Part shown: piece by piece, positions 52,633 to 61,444 of the stretch
Position numbering within the stretch: the first letter of the stretch is position 1
Layout: each line of letters starts with the position of its first letter
NCBI GenBank assembly: GCA_963764715.1
Contig: CAVXTP010000022.1
Span: 448,001-512,000 of the forward strand
Reading direction: 5' to 3'
DNA from: an uncultured Acidobacteriota bacterium
GTDB lineage: Bacteria > Acidobacteriota > Thermoanaerobaculia > UBA5066 > Gp7-AA6
Length of the DNA: 64,000 bases
The notes under the pieces: generated by a model
Databases searched by the model: none
Told to the model about the DNA's origin: nothing
Seen by the model: the letters and a program-made list of their open reading frames with translations, nothing else
Program-made: the position numbers and the translations under genes

Positions 52633-53683
52633 TCTCCTGGCGGCGGGCCGACTCGCGAAGAAGCGAGAGCGCGGCCATGCCTTCGGGCGCCATCTTCAGC
52701 TCCGAGATGATCGGGAGCGCCACGGCGATCTCGCGCTGCGCCTCGGCGTCGCGCCCGCTCTCGAGCAGGAGGTCCGCCACGACGAGGTTGAGCGCGGCGA
52801 CGTCCGCCCGCATGCCGATCGCGGCGAACTCCTCCTGCGCCCGGCGGTAGGCCTCGATCGAGGCGTCGATCCGCCCGGTCTCGCGCAGGAGCGTGGCGAC
52901 GCCCCACTGCACCTTCGCGAGTGAGATCAGGTCCTTCTGGCGCCGGAGAACCGGAATGGCCTTCGCCGAGGCGGCCAGGGCGGCGTCGGCGTTGCCGAGC
53001 ATCGCGTGAAGGTGCGTCAGGTTGCAGTAGGCGCTCCCGAGCAGCTTCGCGTTGCCGAGCGCCTCGGCCTCGTCCACGATCGCCTCGAAGACCCGCATCG
53101 CGGCGGAGAGCTCGTCGGACTCCATCAGCGCCAGCCCCTCGAGGAAGCGGCACTTCAGGGCGTCGTCGCGCATCTCCAGGCCGCGGAAGCTCTCGATGAG
53201 CGGCGGCAGCATTTCGAGGACGACGTCGATCTGCCGCTCCTCCAGCCGCTCGGCCAGGCGCTGATAGCCGAGGCGCGACAGGTCTCCGGCGGCATTCACC
53301 GTGTGCCGGAACCCGGCCTCCGCCCGATCGAACCAGATGTGCACCTCCTCGCGCCGGGACAGTTGCCGGCAGGCCGTTCCGGCGAGAAGCGCCGTCTCGC
53401 CCAGGAAGTACTCGCGTTCGTCGAAGAGGCCGATCTCGCGGCGCGGCGACTCGATGAAGCGGTACAGGAACTCCGCCTCATCGCGCACGACCGCCGGAGA
53501 GGAGTCCATCCGCTGTCGGAGCAGGCTGCAGAGGGACAGCAGCGTCTCGGGATCCTCGAGCTGCAGGGTCTCCGCGAGAGCGAAGCGGTCTTCGATCGGC
53601 GTGGCGAGGACCTTTTCGGCGGCGGATGCGCCGGCCTCCGACGACAGCGGCACGCGCGGAAAGTGGATGACCTTGCCGGTCAC
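52577..53683 (-). CDS. Cytoplasmic TPR-like alpha-solenoid protein
   Basis: GTG overlaps the upstream TGA; repeated ~40-aa helical units (LGSAYCNLTHLHAMLG, LAKVQWGVATLLRETG, VAALNLVVADLLLESG). Confidence 0.8.
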   Translation of the reverse strand: MTGKVIHFPRVPLSSEAGASAAEKVLATPIEDRFALAETLQLEDPETLLSLCSLLRQRMDSSPAVVRDEAEFLYRFIESPRREIGLFDEREYFLGETALLAGTACRQLSRREEVHIWFDRAEAGFRHTVNAAGDLSRLGYQRLAERLEERQIDVVLEMLPPLIESFRGLEMRDDALKCRFLEGLALMESDELSAAMRVFEAIVDEAEALGNAKLLGSAYCNLTHLHAMLGNADAALAASAKAIPVLRRQKDLISLAKVQWGVATLLRETGRIDASIEAYRRAQEEFAAIGMRADVAALNLVVADLLLESGRDAEAQREIAVALPIISELKMAPEGMAALSLLRESARRQEINRQALRDLHGYFEDLHS

Positions 53684-54048
53684 GACCGCTCCTCCTCGAA
53701 GCGCCGGTCGAGGTCGGTGGCCACGTCGTCCGGCTCGCGCGCCAGCAGGTCGTTCAGGTCGGAGTCGGGAGACTGCTCGCCGCCGAGCTTCCAGAGCTGG
53801 AAGGACCGGCCGTACTGGCACGCCGCCGAGAGCAGCGAAAGCCGCATCAGTTTGGCGGGCATCTGTCCGGATCCTCCACGGCGGGCGAGCCGCTGGAACC
53901 ACATCCAGAGGTCTTCTTCGGCTCCCTTCGCCTCGGCTTCGCTCAGCCGATAGTACGAAACGAGAGCCGAATGGATGACATTCAGCGCCCGATCGAAAAC
54001 GGTCTGAATGTCGCTCGAAGTTCGGGCCGACGGTTCTTCCACCCGCAC
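53680..54048 (-). CDS. Hypothetical protein resembling an isolated sigma-70 region 2
   Basis: Helical pattern aligns by eye with region 2 of the ECF sigma at 57976; translationally coupled to the TPR gene. Confidence 0.6.
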   Translation of the reverse strand: MRVEEPSARTSSDIQTVFDRALNVIHSALVSYYRLSEAEAKGAEEDLWMWFQRLARRGGSGQMPAKLMRLSLLSAACQYGRSFQLWKLGGEQSPDSDLNDLLAREPDDVATDLDRRFEEERS

Positions 54049-54139
54049 GCTCTTCGGCTCAGATTACACCAAGGGCGTCGGCGGCCTCCGGTCGGCTGCG
54101 GGGAGCAGGCGGAAGGTCCTCGGCAGGCAGGCTTTAGCT

Positions 54140-54280
54140 TCAGCTCGGGATCGTGCCGGCGATCTTGATGACGAAACGCGAGGGCTTGCGCTGGGGCCAC
54201 GTGGCCGGATGAGAACCGGACTCGCGGGTCGCGGGCTGGGAGCGCTCGGGAACCCGAACGGGGGTGAGCGGCGTCGACAT
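54140..54280 (-). CDS. 46-aa small protein/peptide
   Basis: Strong SD AAAGGAG 6 nt before the ATG; MSTPLTPVRVPERSQPATRESGSHPATWPQRKPSRFVIKIAGTIPS. Confidence 0.55.
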   Translation of the reverse strand: MSTPLTPVRVPERSQPATRESGSHPATWPQRKPSRFVIKIAGTIPS

Positions 54281-54421
54281 GGATGATCTCCTTTCACCGG
54301 GCTCGGAAACGCCGAGCGCAAAAGAATCAGCCCCCATTCCACCACAACGGACGGCCGGCTGTCCCGGGTCTTTTTTCGAGGCTTCCCCGGGCGGGACCGG
54401 CCGGAGGATCATGGGCCGGTC

Positions 54422-55696
54422 ATGGCCGCGCCCGCCGCCCATCACGTCGTCGTCGTCGGCGCCGGCTTCGGCGGTCTGGAGGCCGCGCGCGGCCTGTCCG
54501 ACGGGCCAGTGCGCGTGACCGTCGTCGACCGGCGCAATCACTACCTGTTCCAGCCGCTTCTCTACCAGGTCGCGACGGCGGCGCTCTCCCCCGCCGACAT
54601 CGCCTACCCGATCCGCTCGATCCTCCGCCGGCAGAAGAACGCCGACGTGATCCTCGCGGAGGTGCGCTCGGTCGACCCGGCGCGGCGGGAGGTGCGCCTC
54701 GCCGACGGAAGCTCGATCGCCTACGACACGCTCGTCGTCGCGGCCGGCGCGCGGCACGCCTATTTCGGCCACGAGGCCTGGGAGGCCCGCGCCCCGGGAC
54801 TCAAGAGCCTCGAGGACGCCCTCGAGATCCGCCGCCGCATCCTGCTGGCGTTCGAAGAGGCCGACCGCGCCTCCGACCCCGCCCGCCGGCGGGCGCTCCT
54901 GACCTTCGCGATCGTCGGAGGCGGCCCGACGGGCGTCGAGCTCGCCGGCGCCATCGCCGAAATCTCCCGGCACGTCCTCGTCGACGACTTCCGCCACGTC
55001 GACCCGCGCGAAGCCCGGATCGTTCTCGTCGAGGCCGGCCCGCGGGTCCTGCCGACCTACTCCGAGGCCTCGTCGGAGAACGCCCGGGCCGAGCTCGTCC
55101 GGCTCGGCGCCGAGGTCCGAACCGGCGCTCCCGTCACCGCCGTCGACGCCGACGGCATCGCGATCGGAGACGGCGAGAGAATCGAGGCGGCGACCGTGCT
55201 CTGGGCCGCGGGCGTCGCAGCGTCGCCGGTCGGAAGTTTCCTCGGCGTTCCGCTCGACCGCAACGGCCGCGTCGTGGTCGAGCCCGACCTCACCGTGCCC
55301 GGCCGCCCCGAGATCTTCGTGATCGGCGATCTCGCGCTCTTCACGCACCAGGGAGGCCGGCCGCTCCCGGGCGTCAGCCCGGTCGCCATGCAGCAGGGCC
55401 GGCACGTGGCGCGGTCGATCCGGCGGCGGCTCGGCGGAGGGGCGGCCGAGCCGTTCCACTACCTCGACAAGGGCAGCATGGCGGTCGTGGGGCGCTCCGC
55501 CGCGGTCGCCGAGATCTTCGGCCTGAAGCTCCGGGGCCTGCCCGCCTGGCTCGCCTGGTGCTTCCTCCACATCTTCTACCTCATCGGGTTCCGCAACCGC
55601 TTCGTCGTCATGTTCGAGTGGGCCTGGTCCTACGTCAGCTACCAGCGCGGAGCGCGTCTCATCACGGGCGACCTCGCGGGGCCGAGGCCGCGATAG
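54422..55696 (+). CDS. ndh: Type II NADH:quinone oxidoreductase
   Basis: GAGFGG, FQPLLYQVAT, PGLKSLEDA, GGGPTGVELAG, WAAGV, IGD, AMQQG, LIGFRNR. Confidence 0.93.
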   Translation: MAAPAAHHVVVVGAGFGGLEAARGLSDGPVRVTVVDRRNHYLFQPLLYQVATAALSPADIAYPIRSILRRQKNADVILAEVRSVDPARREVRLADGSSIAYDTLVVAAGARHAYFGHEAWEARAPGLKSLEDALEIRRRILLAFEEADRASDPARRRALLTFAIVGGGPTGVELAGAIAEISRHVLVDDFRHVDPREARIVLVEAGPRVLPTYSEASSENARAELVRLGAEVRTGAPVTAVDADGIAIGDGERIEAATVLWAAGVAASPVGSFLGVPLDRNGRVVVEPDLTVPGRPEIFVIGDLALFTHQGGRPLPGVSPVAMQQGRHVARSIRRRLGGGAAEPFHYLDKGSMAVVGRSAAVAEIFGLKLRGLPAWLAWCFLHIFYLIGFRNRFVVMFEWAWSYVSYQRGARLITGDLAGPRPR

Positions 55697-55754
55697 GATC
55701 TCCGCAACCGATCCCGGGAACCGAAGCCCGTTCGACTTTTCGCCGGAGGTGGCC

Positions 55755-57050
55755 ATGCGCGTCGACCGCAGGACCCTGTTCCGTGGCCTGGGGGCCGGGG
55801 CGGCGCTCGCCGCGTTCCGCGCCGACGCGATCGCCCGGGTCGGAGAGGCCGGGAAGGCCGCCGCCGGGAAAACTCCCGCCGCCCTGGCCTCGGACGAGGC
55901 CTACTGGTTCGAGGTCGCCCAGGCGTTCGACGTCGACCGCACGCTCGTCAACCTCAACAACGGAGGGTGCAGCCCGGCGCCCGCCCACGTCCTGAACGCC
56001 ATGATCCAGGACCTGCGCTTCTCCAACGAGATCCCCGTCTACCACATGTGGACCGTGCTCGAGCCCCGCATCGAGTCGTGCCGCCGGGAGCTCGCGGCCG
56101 AGTTCGGCTGCGACCCCGAGGAGATGGCGATCACGCGCAACGCCTCCGAGTCCCTCGAGACGCTGATCTTCGGCGTCGACCTGAAGGCCGGCGACGAGGT
56201 CGTCTACACGAACCAGAACTACCCCCGCATGATCACCTCCTGGGAGCAGCGCGCGCGGCGGGACGGCATCGTGCTCAAGCCGATCAGCTTCCCGGTCCCG
56301 CCGAAGTCGTCCGCGGAGGTCGTCGCCCGGTTCCGCGCCGCGATCACGCCGAAGACCCGCGTCATCGAGGTCACGCACATCACCAACCTGACCGGCCAGA
56401 TCCTTCCCGTGCGCGACATCGTCCGGCTCGGGCGGGAGCACGGGATCGAGGTCTTCGTCGACGGCGCCCACGCCTTCGCGCACTTCCCGTTCACGCGCGA
56501 CGAGCTCGAGTGCGACTACTACGCCACGAGCCTCCACAAGTGGCTCTTCGCGCCGATCGGGACCGGGTTCCTCTACGTCCGACGGAACAAGATCAAGAGC
56601 ATCTGGCCCCTGATGGCCGCGCCCGCCAAGATGGACGAGGACATCCGCAAGTACGAGGAGATCGGGACCCACCCCGCCGCCAACCACAACGCGATCGCTG
56701 CGGCGATCGCCTTCCACCGCGGGATCGGCGTCGAGCGCAAGGCCGCGCGCCTGCGCTGGCTGCGCGACCGATGGGCCATCCGGCTCACGGCGGCCGACCC
56801 CCGCGTCCGGGTCCTGACGCCCCTGAACGACACCGAGTCCTGCGGGATCGCACTCATCTCGATCACGGGCTTTGACACCAACAAGCTGCACGCGTATCTC
56901 TGGGACAAGCACCGCATCATGACGACGCCGATCATCCACGACGAGTTCCAGGGCCTGCGGATCACCCCCAACGTCTACACGTCCGCGGCCGAGATCGACG
57001 TGTTCTGCGACCGGATGGAGAAGACCCTCAAGACCGGGATCCCGGCCTAG
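55755..57050 (+). CDS. Tat-signal class V PLP enzyme (isopenicillin N epimerase / cysteine desulfurase-like)
   Basis: DRRTLFRG twin-Arg signal; NLNNGG, RNASE, VDGAH, SLHKW PLP lysine, EEIGT. Confidence 0.85.
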   Translation: MRVDRRTLFRGLGAGAALAAFRADAIARVGEAGKAAAGKTPAALASDEAYWFEVAQAFDVDRTLVNLNNGGCSPAPAHVLNAMIQDLRFSNEIPVYHMWTVLEPRIESCRRELAAEFGCDPEEMAITRNASESLETLIFGVDLKAGDEVVYTNQNYPRMITSWEQRARRDGIVLKPISFPVPPKSSAEVVARFRAAITPKTRVIEVTHITNLTGQILPVRDIVRLGREHGIEVFVDGAHAFAHFPFTRDELECDYYATSLHKWLFAPIGTGFLYVRRNKIKSIWPLMAAPAKMDEDIRKYEEIGTHPAANHNAIAAAIAFHRGIGVERKAARLRWLRDRWAIRLTAADPRVRVLTPLNDTESCGIALISITGFDTNKLHAYLWDKHRIMTTPIIHDEFQGLRITPNVYTSAAEIDVFCDRMEKTLKTGIPA

Positions 57051-57071
57051 CCCCCGCCCTCCCGTCGGCCG

Positions 57072-57099
57072 GGAACTTCCGCGGGGTCCCGGTGTCCTT
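57072..57099 (+). promoter_or_regulatory. ECF (RpoE-like) promoter
   Basis: GGAACTT-N15-GTCCTT upstream of the operon containing an ECF sigma. Confidence 0.6.
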
Positions 57100-57119
57100 T
57101 CCTGGCGGAGGGACAGTTC

Positions 57120-57914
57120 ATGAGCCGCCACGCCCGGTCGCGTCTTCTCGCTCTCGCATTCGCCGGCCTCGCGGGGCCTCTCGCCGCGGCCGACCAGAAC
57201 GGTTTCCAGCTCTCCGTCCGCATCGACGGCGCCCCCGCCGAGGAATACGCGGCCCGGGGGCGCGTCTACATCGAGGCCCTGAAGGGGCGAGAGTTCGTCG
57301 TCCGCCTCTCCAACCCCGGCCCCGAGCGGGTCGCCGTCGCCCTCTCCGTCGACGGCCGCAACGTGATCGACGCCAAGCGCACGAGCGCGCTCGACGCGGC
57401 CAAGTGGATCCTGGCCCCCGGCCAGACGATCGACGTTCCCGGCTGGCAGATCTCGGGCGCCGCCGCGCGCAAGTTCTTCTTCACCGAGACGTCGAAGTCC
57501 TACGCGAAGTGGCTCGGCGACACGGCGAACGTCGGCACGATCGAGGCCGTGTTCTATCGCGAGAAGCGCCGCCCGACCGCCGTGATGCCGAACGACGAGC
57601 TCGACGACCCGCGCCGCGAGGCGGGGGCGTCGGGCCGCGCGGATTCCCGGGCGCCGTCGGCCCCGTCCGCCCAGAGCAAGGAGCGCTCGGCCGAGAGCTT
57701 CGCCGCGACCGGGATCGGCGACAAGACCGACTTCGCCGTCCAGTGGATCGCCTTCGAGGAGGAGAAGGCGCCGTCGGCCCGGATCGCCCTCCGGTACGAG
57801 TTTCGGACCGAGCTCGTCCGGCTCGGTGTCCTGCCCCGCGGGGAGGACCTCTTCGCCCGCGACCGGGCCCATGGCTTCGAGCACGATTACGCACCCGATC
57901 CGTACCGGCGCTGA
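57120..57914 (+). CDS. Secreted hypothetical protein
   Basis: SD GGAGGG; signal peptide; beta-rich domain (LSVDGRNVID, VPGWQ, FFFT, NVGTI, ATGIG, LRYE). Confidence 0.78.
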   Translation: MSRHARSRLLALAFAGLAGPLAAADQNGFQLSVRIDGAPAEEYAARGRVYIEALKGREFVVRLSNPGPERVAVALSVDGRNVIDAKRTSALDAAKWILAPGQTIDVPGWQISGAAARKFFFTETSKSYAKWLGDTANVGTIEAVFYREKRRPTAVMPNDELDDPRREAGASGRADSRAPSAPSAQSKERSAESFAATGIGDKTDFAVQWIAFEEEKAPSARIALRYEFRTELVRLGVLPRGEDLFARDRAHGFEHDYAPDPYRR

Positions 57915-57975
57915 AGGCGCTCCGCGGATTCGCCGTAGAATCGAGGCGCAGCCGCCCCTGCGGCGGCAGTCGCCT

Positions 57976-58554
57976 TTGACGCAACCCGAGCGGACCGACG
58001 AAGAGCTTCTCGACTCGGCCCGGGAGGGCGACGAGGAAGCGTTCGGCGCCTTCGTCCGCAGGCACACGGCGACGGTCCACCGGTGGATGGCCCGAGCCGT
58101 CGGCGAGGGCGACGCGGACGACATGACCCAGGATGTGTTTCTCAAGGCGTACCGGGGGCTGCCCCGCTTCCGCGGCGAGGCGCCGCCGAGGGCCTGGCTC
58201 GCCTCGATCGCCGACAACGCCGTGAAGAACCGCTACCGCTCGCGCAGCCGCTTCCGACGCATCTTCGCCGGTTCGAGCGACGCCCGCCCGGAGCTCGATC
58301 CCGCCGCGACCGCCGCGGGGCCCGAGGACGAGGCCCGCGCCGGGGAATCTCGGCGGCTCGTCGCCGAGGCGCTGAAGAGCCTCGAACCGGAGTTTCGAAT
58401 GCCGGTCGTCCTGCGCGATCTCGAAGAATGGAGCTACGAGGAGATCGCCGTCTCGCTCGCCCTGCCGGTCGGCACGGTGAAGTCGCGGATCGCCCGCGGG
58501 AGGGGACGGCTGAAGGAAGTCCTGACGCCACTGATCACGGGAAGGCACGCATGA
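57976..58554 (+). CDS. ECF RNA polymerase sigma factor
   Basis: DADDMTQDVF, AWLASIA (region 2); SYEEIA, PVGTVKSRIARGR (region 4); TTG start. Confidence 0.92.
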   Translation: MTQPERTDEELLDSAREGDEEAFGAFVRRHTATVHRWMARAVGEGDADDMTQDVFLKAYRGLPRFRGEAPPRAWLASIADNAVKNRYRSRSRFRRIFAGSSDARPELDPAATAAGPEDEARAGESRRLVAEALKSLEPEFRMPVVLRDLEEWSYEEIAVSLALPVGTVKSRIARGRGRLKEVLTPLITGRHA

Positions 58555-59645
58555 TCTCGACGGAAATCCACCCGGCCGAATCGGCCGAGTTCCTCTCGCG
58601 TCTCCACGACGGCGACCTCGAGCCGGCCGAGGCGGCGGCTTTCGAATCGCACCGGGCCGAGTGCGCCGACTGCCGCGCGTCGGTCGCCGCCTTCGAGCGC
58701 GCTCTCTCGGCCTACCGCGAAGCGCCGGTTCCCCCGGTCGCCTCGGACCTCTCGGCGAGGATCCTCAGGAAGATCCGGGCCACGACCCCGTCGCGGCGGC
58801 CGTTCGGCGTCACCTTCGGGATCGACGTGCGCTGGGCCGGAGTGCTGGCCGCGGCGCTCCTCGTGCTCATCATCGGCGCGCCGGTCTTCTCCCGTCACCC
58901 GTTCGCCCGAACTCCCGCGGCGCCGCCTCGTCCCGCGGCCCCGGTCCCGGAGGCGATCTCCGCCTACGTGGTCGACGCCGCGGAGGCGCCGCGGGCCGCC
59001 GACGAGGTCGCTCCGGCCGCGCCTCCCGCCGCCGAGCTCCGCGCCCCCCCGAAGGTCGCACCCGCCGCACCGGCCCGGCCGCCCCGCGTGGCGGAGTCCC
59101 GCAGGGAGGAGTCCCGACAGGAACCGGGCTTCGCCGCTCCGCCGCCCGCCGCCGCGCCACGCGAGGACGCCGCCGCCGCGCGGCCCGACGCTGCCGGGAA
59201 CGTCGCGCCGGCCGGGCCCGAGGCCGACTCCGATTCGCGCGCGGCCGGCAGGCTCGCGAAGGAGAACGCGCCGAGCCTCCGCGCCCGGCGGCCGTCGGCC
59301 TCCGCCGAGCCGCCCGGAGTCGAGGCCGGCCAGGCGGGCGCCCTCGAAGCGCGCCTCGAGGTCCGCCTGGCGATCCGCGCGATCGACGGCGAAGGCACGG
59401 CGCCCGGCGTCCTCCGGACCCCGCCCGACGACCGTCTCGCGCCGCTCCGCGGCCGCGAGTTCGTCCTGCTCGTCGAGACCGGCGGCCGCGTCCGCTCCGT
59501 CGAGGAGCGGCCCGAGCGCAAGGCGAAAGACGAGGCTTCCGCCGCGCCGGCGCCCTCCTCCACGGAGGACCCGGGCGCGGTTCTGCGGGAGCTCGTCTTC
59601 CAGCCCGGCGACCGCTCGCGCCGCCTGACAGTCCTCGTCCAGTAG
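58551..59645 (+). CDS. ZAS (zf-HC2) anti-sigma factor with TM helix and Pro/Ala-rich periplasmic part
   Basis: HRAECADC (HxxxCxxC); ATGA overlap with the sigma gene; TM WAGVLAAALLVLIIG. Confidence 0.85.
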   Translation: MISTEIHPAESAEFLSRLHDGDLEPAEAAAFESHRAECADCRASVAAFERALSAYREAPVPPVASDLSARILRKIRATTPSRRPFGVTFGIDVRWAGVLAAALLVLIIGAPVFSRHPFARTPAAPPRPAAPVPEAISAYVVDAAEAPRAADEVAPAAPPAAELRAPPKVAPAAPARPPRVAESRREESRQEPGFAAPPPAAAPREDAAAARPDAAGNVAPAGPEADSDSRAAGRLAKENAPSLRARRPSASAEPPGVEAGQAGALEARLEVRLAIRAIDGEGTAPGVLRTPPDDRLAPLRGREFVLLVETGGRVRSVEERPERKAKDEASAAPAPSSTEDPGAVLRELVFQPGDRSRRLTVLVQ

Positions 59646-59651
59646 GTCGCG

Positions 59652-60647
59652 TCAGTCGAGCGTCAGCACGGCCGCGCCGTGGACGGCGCCGCGCTTGACC
59701 CGCACCAGGGCCTCGTTCGCCTCTTCGAGCGCGTAGCGCTCGACCTCGGCCCGGACCGGGATCTCGGCGGCGAGCGCGAGAAAGTCCTCCGCGTCCCGCC
59801 GCGTGAAGTTCATGACGCTCCGCACGCCCCGCTCGCCGGCGAGCGTCGCGTACGGGAAGGACGGGATGGGGCTCATGTGGATCGCGTTGACGGCGACCGT
59901 TCCGCCCCGCGCCAGGCGCGCGAGCGCCGCCGGCACGAGCTCGCCCGCCGGAGCGAAGGTCACCGCCGCGTCGAGCGGAACGCCCGGGTCCCCGTCCGCC
60001 GGTCCCGCCCAGGCGGCGCCCATCTGAATCGCGAGCTCCCGGTGGTGCGCTTCGCGCGTGAACGCGTACACCGAGCAGCCCCAGTGTCGCGCGACCTGGA
60101 TGGCGAGATGGGCGGACGCTCCGAACCCGAACAGGCCGAGCCGGCCGCCCGGCGCGATTCCCGAGAGCCGCAGGGACCGGAACCCGATCACACCCGCGCA
60201 CAGCAACGGCGCGGCCTGCGCCGCCGTGAAGCCCTCGGGGAGGCGGTACGTCCAGCGCGCTTCGGCGGTCATGCGCTCGGCGTACCCGCCGTCGCGATCG
60301 CAACCCGTGAAGCGCGCCGTCGCGCAGAGGTTTTCCCGTCCCGAGACGCAGAACGCGCACCGGCCGCACGTCGAGGCGATCCAGCCGACCCCGACGGGAT
60401 CGCCGGGAGCGAGATCCTCGACTCCCGCGCCGACCGCGACCACGCGGCCCGCAGCCTGGTGGCCGGGAACGACGGGGAGCCGGGCCGGTACCTCTCCTTC
60501 CAGGATGTGGAGATCGGTCCGGCAGACGCCGCAGGCCTCGACGGCGATCTCCACCTCGCCCTCGCCGGGCGGCGTCGCGGGCCGGTCCTCCGCGACGAGC
60601 GGCCGCTCCTCCGGGGGACCCGTGCGAGAAAGCCGCATCGCCCGCAT
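59652..60647 (-). CDS. Zinc-dependent alcohol dehydrogenase family protein
   Basis: CGVCRTDLH, PGHQ, CGRCAFC...ENLC, APLLCAG, FGFGASAH. Confidence 0.92.
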   Translation of the reverse strand: MRAMRLSRTGPPEERPLVAEDRPATPPGEGEVEIAVEACGVCRTDLHILEGEVPARLPVVPGHQAAGRVVAVGAGVEDLAPGDPVGVGWIASTCGRCAFCVSGRENLCATARFTGCDRDGGYAERMTAEARWTYRLPEGFTAAQAAPLLCAGVIGFRSLRLSGIAPGGRLGLFGFGASAHLAIQVARHWGCSVYAFTREAHHRELAIQMGAAWAGPADGDPGVPLDAAVTFAPAGELVPAALARLARGGTVAVNAIHMSPIPSFPYATLAGERGVRSVMNFTRRDAEDFLALAAEIPVRAEVERYALEEANEALVRVKRGAVHGAAVLTLD

Positions 60648-60653
60648 TCGAAA

Positions 60654-60661
60654 ACTATAAT
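60654..60661. promoter_or_regulatory. Overlapping divergent -10 boxes (TATAAT plus strand, TATAGT minus strand)
   Basis: 22-bp intergenic gap; boxes lie 8 and 6 nt from the two ATGs. Confidence 0.65.
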
Positions 60662-60669
60662 CGTCGCGG

Positions 60670-61116
60670 ATGAAGCGCGTCGACGCCCTCCTCGGCGACT
60701 ACGCCTCGAGCCACCGGACTCGCGGGAACCTCGCCTGTCACGCGGCGGGCATCACGCTGATCGTCTTCGGCGTCTTCTCGCTCCTCGGCACGGTTCCCCT
60801 CGGCCGGGGCTGGACCGCGAGCGAGGCGCTCATCGGCCTCGCGTTCTTGGCGTACGCCGCCCTCGACCTGCCGCTCGCCCTCGGGGTCCTCGGGTTCGCC
60901 GCCGTGCTCGACCTCGCGGCGCGGTCGATCGGCGACTGGCGCGCCGGGGCGTGCGCCTTCGCCGCGGGGTGGATCTTCCAGGCGGTCGGCCACGCGGTGT
61001 ACGAGAAGAACAAGCCGGCCTTCTTCCGGAACCTCGTTCATCTGCTGGTCGGCCCGGCCTATCTCGTCGCGGAGGCCCTCGGCCTGCGGCGCCGCGCCGC
61101 GGGACCGCGCGCCTGA
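60670..61116 (+). CDS. Mpo1/DUF962 family membrane protein
   Basis: Y...H...N...H..G; GWIFQAVGHAVYEKNKPA. Confidence 0.88.
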   Translation: MKRVDALLGDYASSHRTRGNLACHAAGITLIVFGVFSLLGTVPLGRGWTASEALIGLAFLAYAALDLPLALGVLGFAAVLDLAARSIGDWRAGACAFAAGWIFQAVGHAVYEKNKPAFFRNLVHLLVGPAYLVAEALGLRRRAAGPRA

Positions 61117-61120
61117 CCGT

Positions 61121-61432
61121 TCAGCAGAACGTCGTCATCACGGCGTCGGGATGCTCGAGGCGGAAGCCGTCGCCCGCGGGGTCCGGATCGACCTCGAGGA
61201 CCGCGCCCTGGAGCCTCCGGAACGCGTGCTCGTCCATGACGACCGGGATGCCCGACGCCGTGAAGCGGTGGCCCTCGTCCGGAACGTTTTCCTCGACCGA
61301 GATCCGGAACCCGGACCCGCCGCAGCCGAGCATGTGGCGGACGCAGAGGACCGCGCGCGAGAAGTCCGCCTCGCCCCGCAGCCGCTCCGCGGCCTCCGGG
61401 GTGATCGTCAGGGGAACGCCGTCGCCGGACAT
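61121..61432 (-). CDS. HesB/IscA-like protein with an atypical Cys set
   Basis: LTITPEAA, GCGGSGF, GIPVVMD, LQGAVLEV, GFRLEHP. Confidence 0.75.
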   Translation of the reverse strand: MSGDGVPLTITPEAAERLRGEADFSRAVLCVRHMLGCGGSGFRISVEENVPDEGHRFTASGIPVVMDEHAFRRLQGAVLEVDPDPAGDGFRLEHPDAVMTTFC

Positions 61433-61444
61433 AGGATGATTCTA
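61432..61444. promoter_or_regulatory. Interlocked divergent -10 boxes (TAGGAT plus strand, TAGAAT minus strand)
   Basis: CATAGGATGATTCTATG: each box is 6 nt from its own ATG and shares a base with the opposite start codon. Confidence 0.65.
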
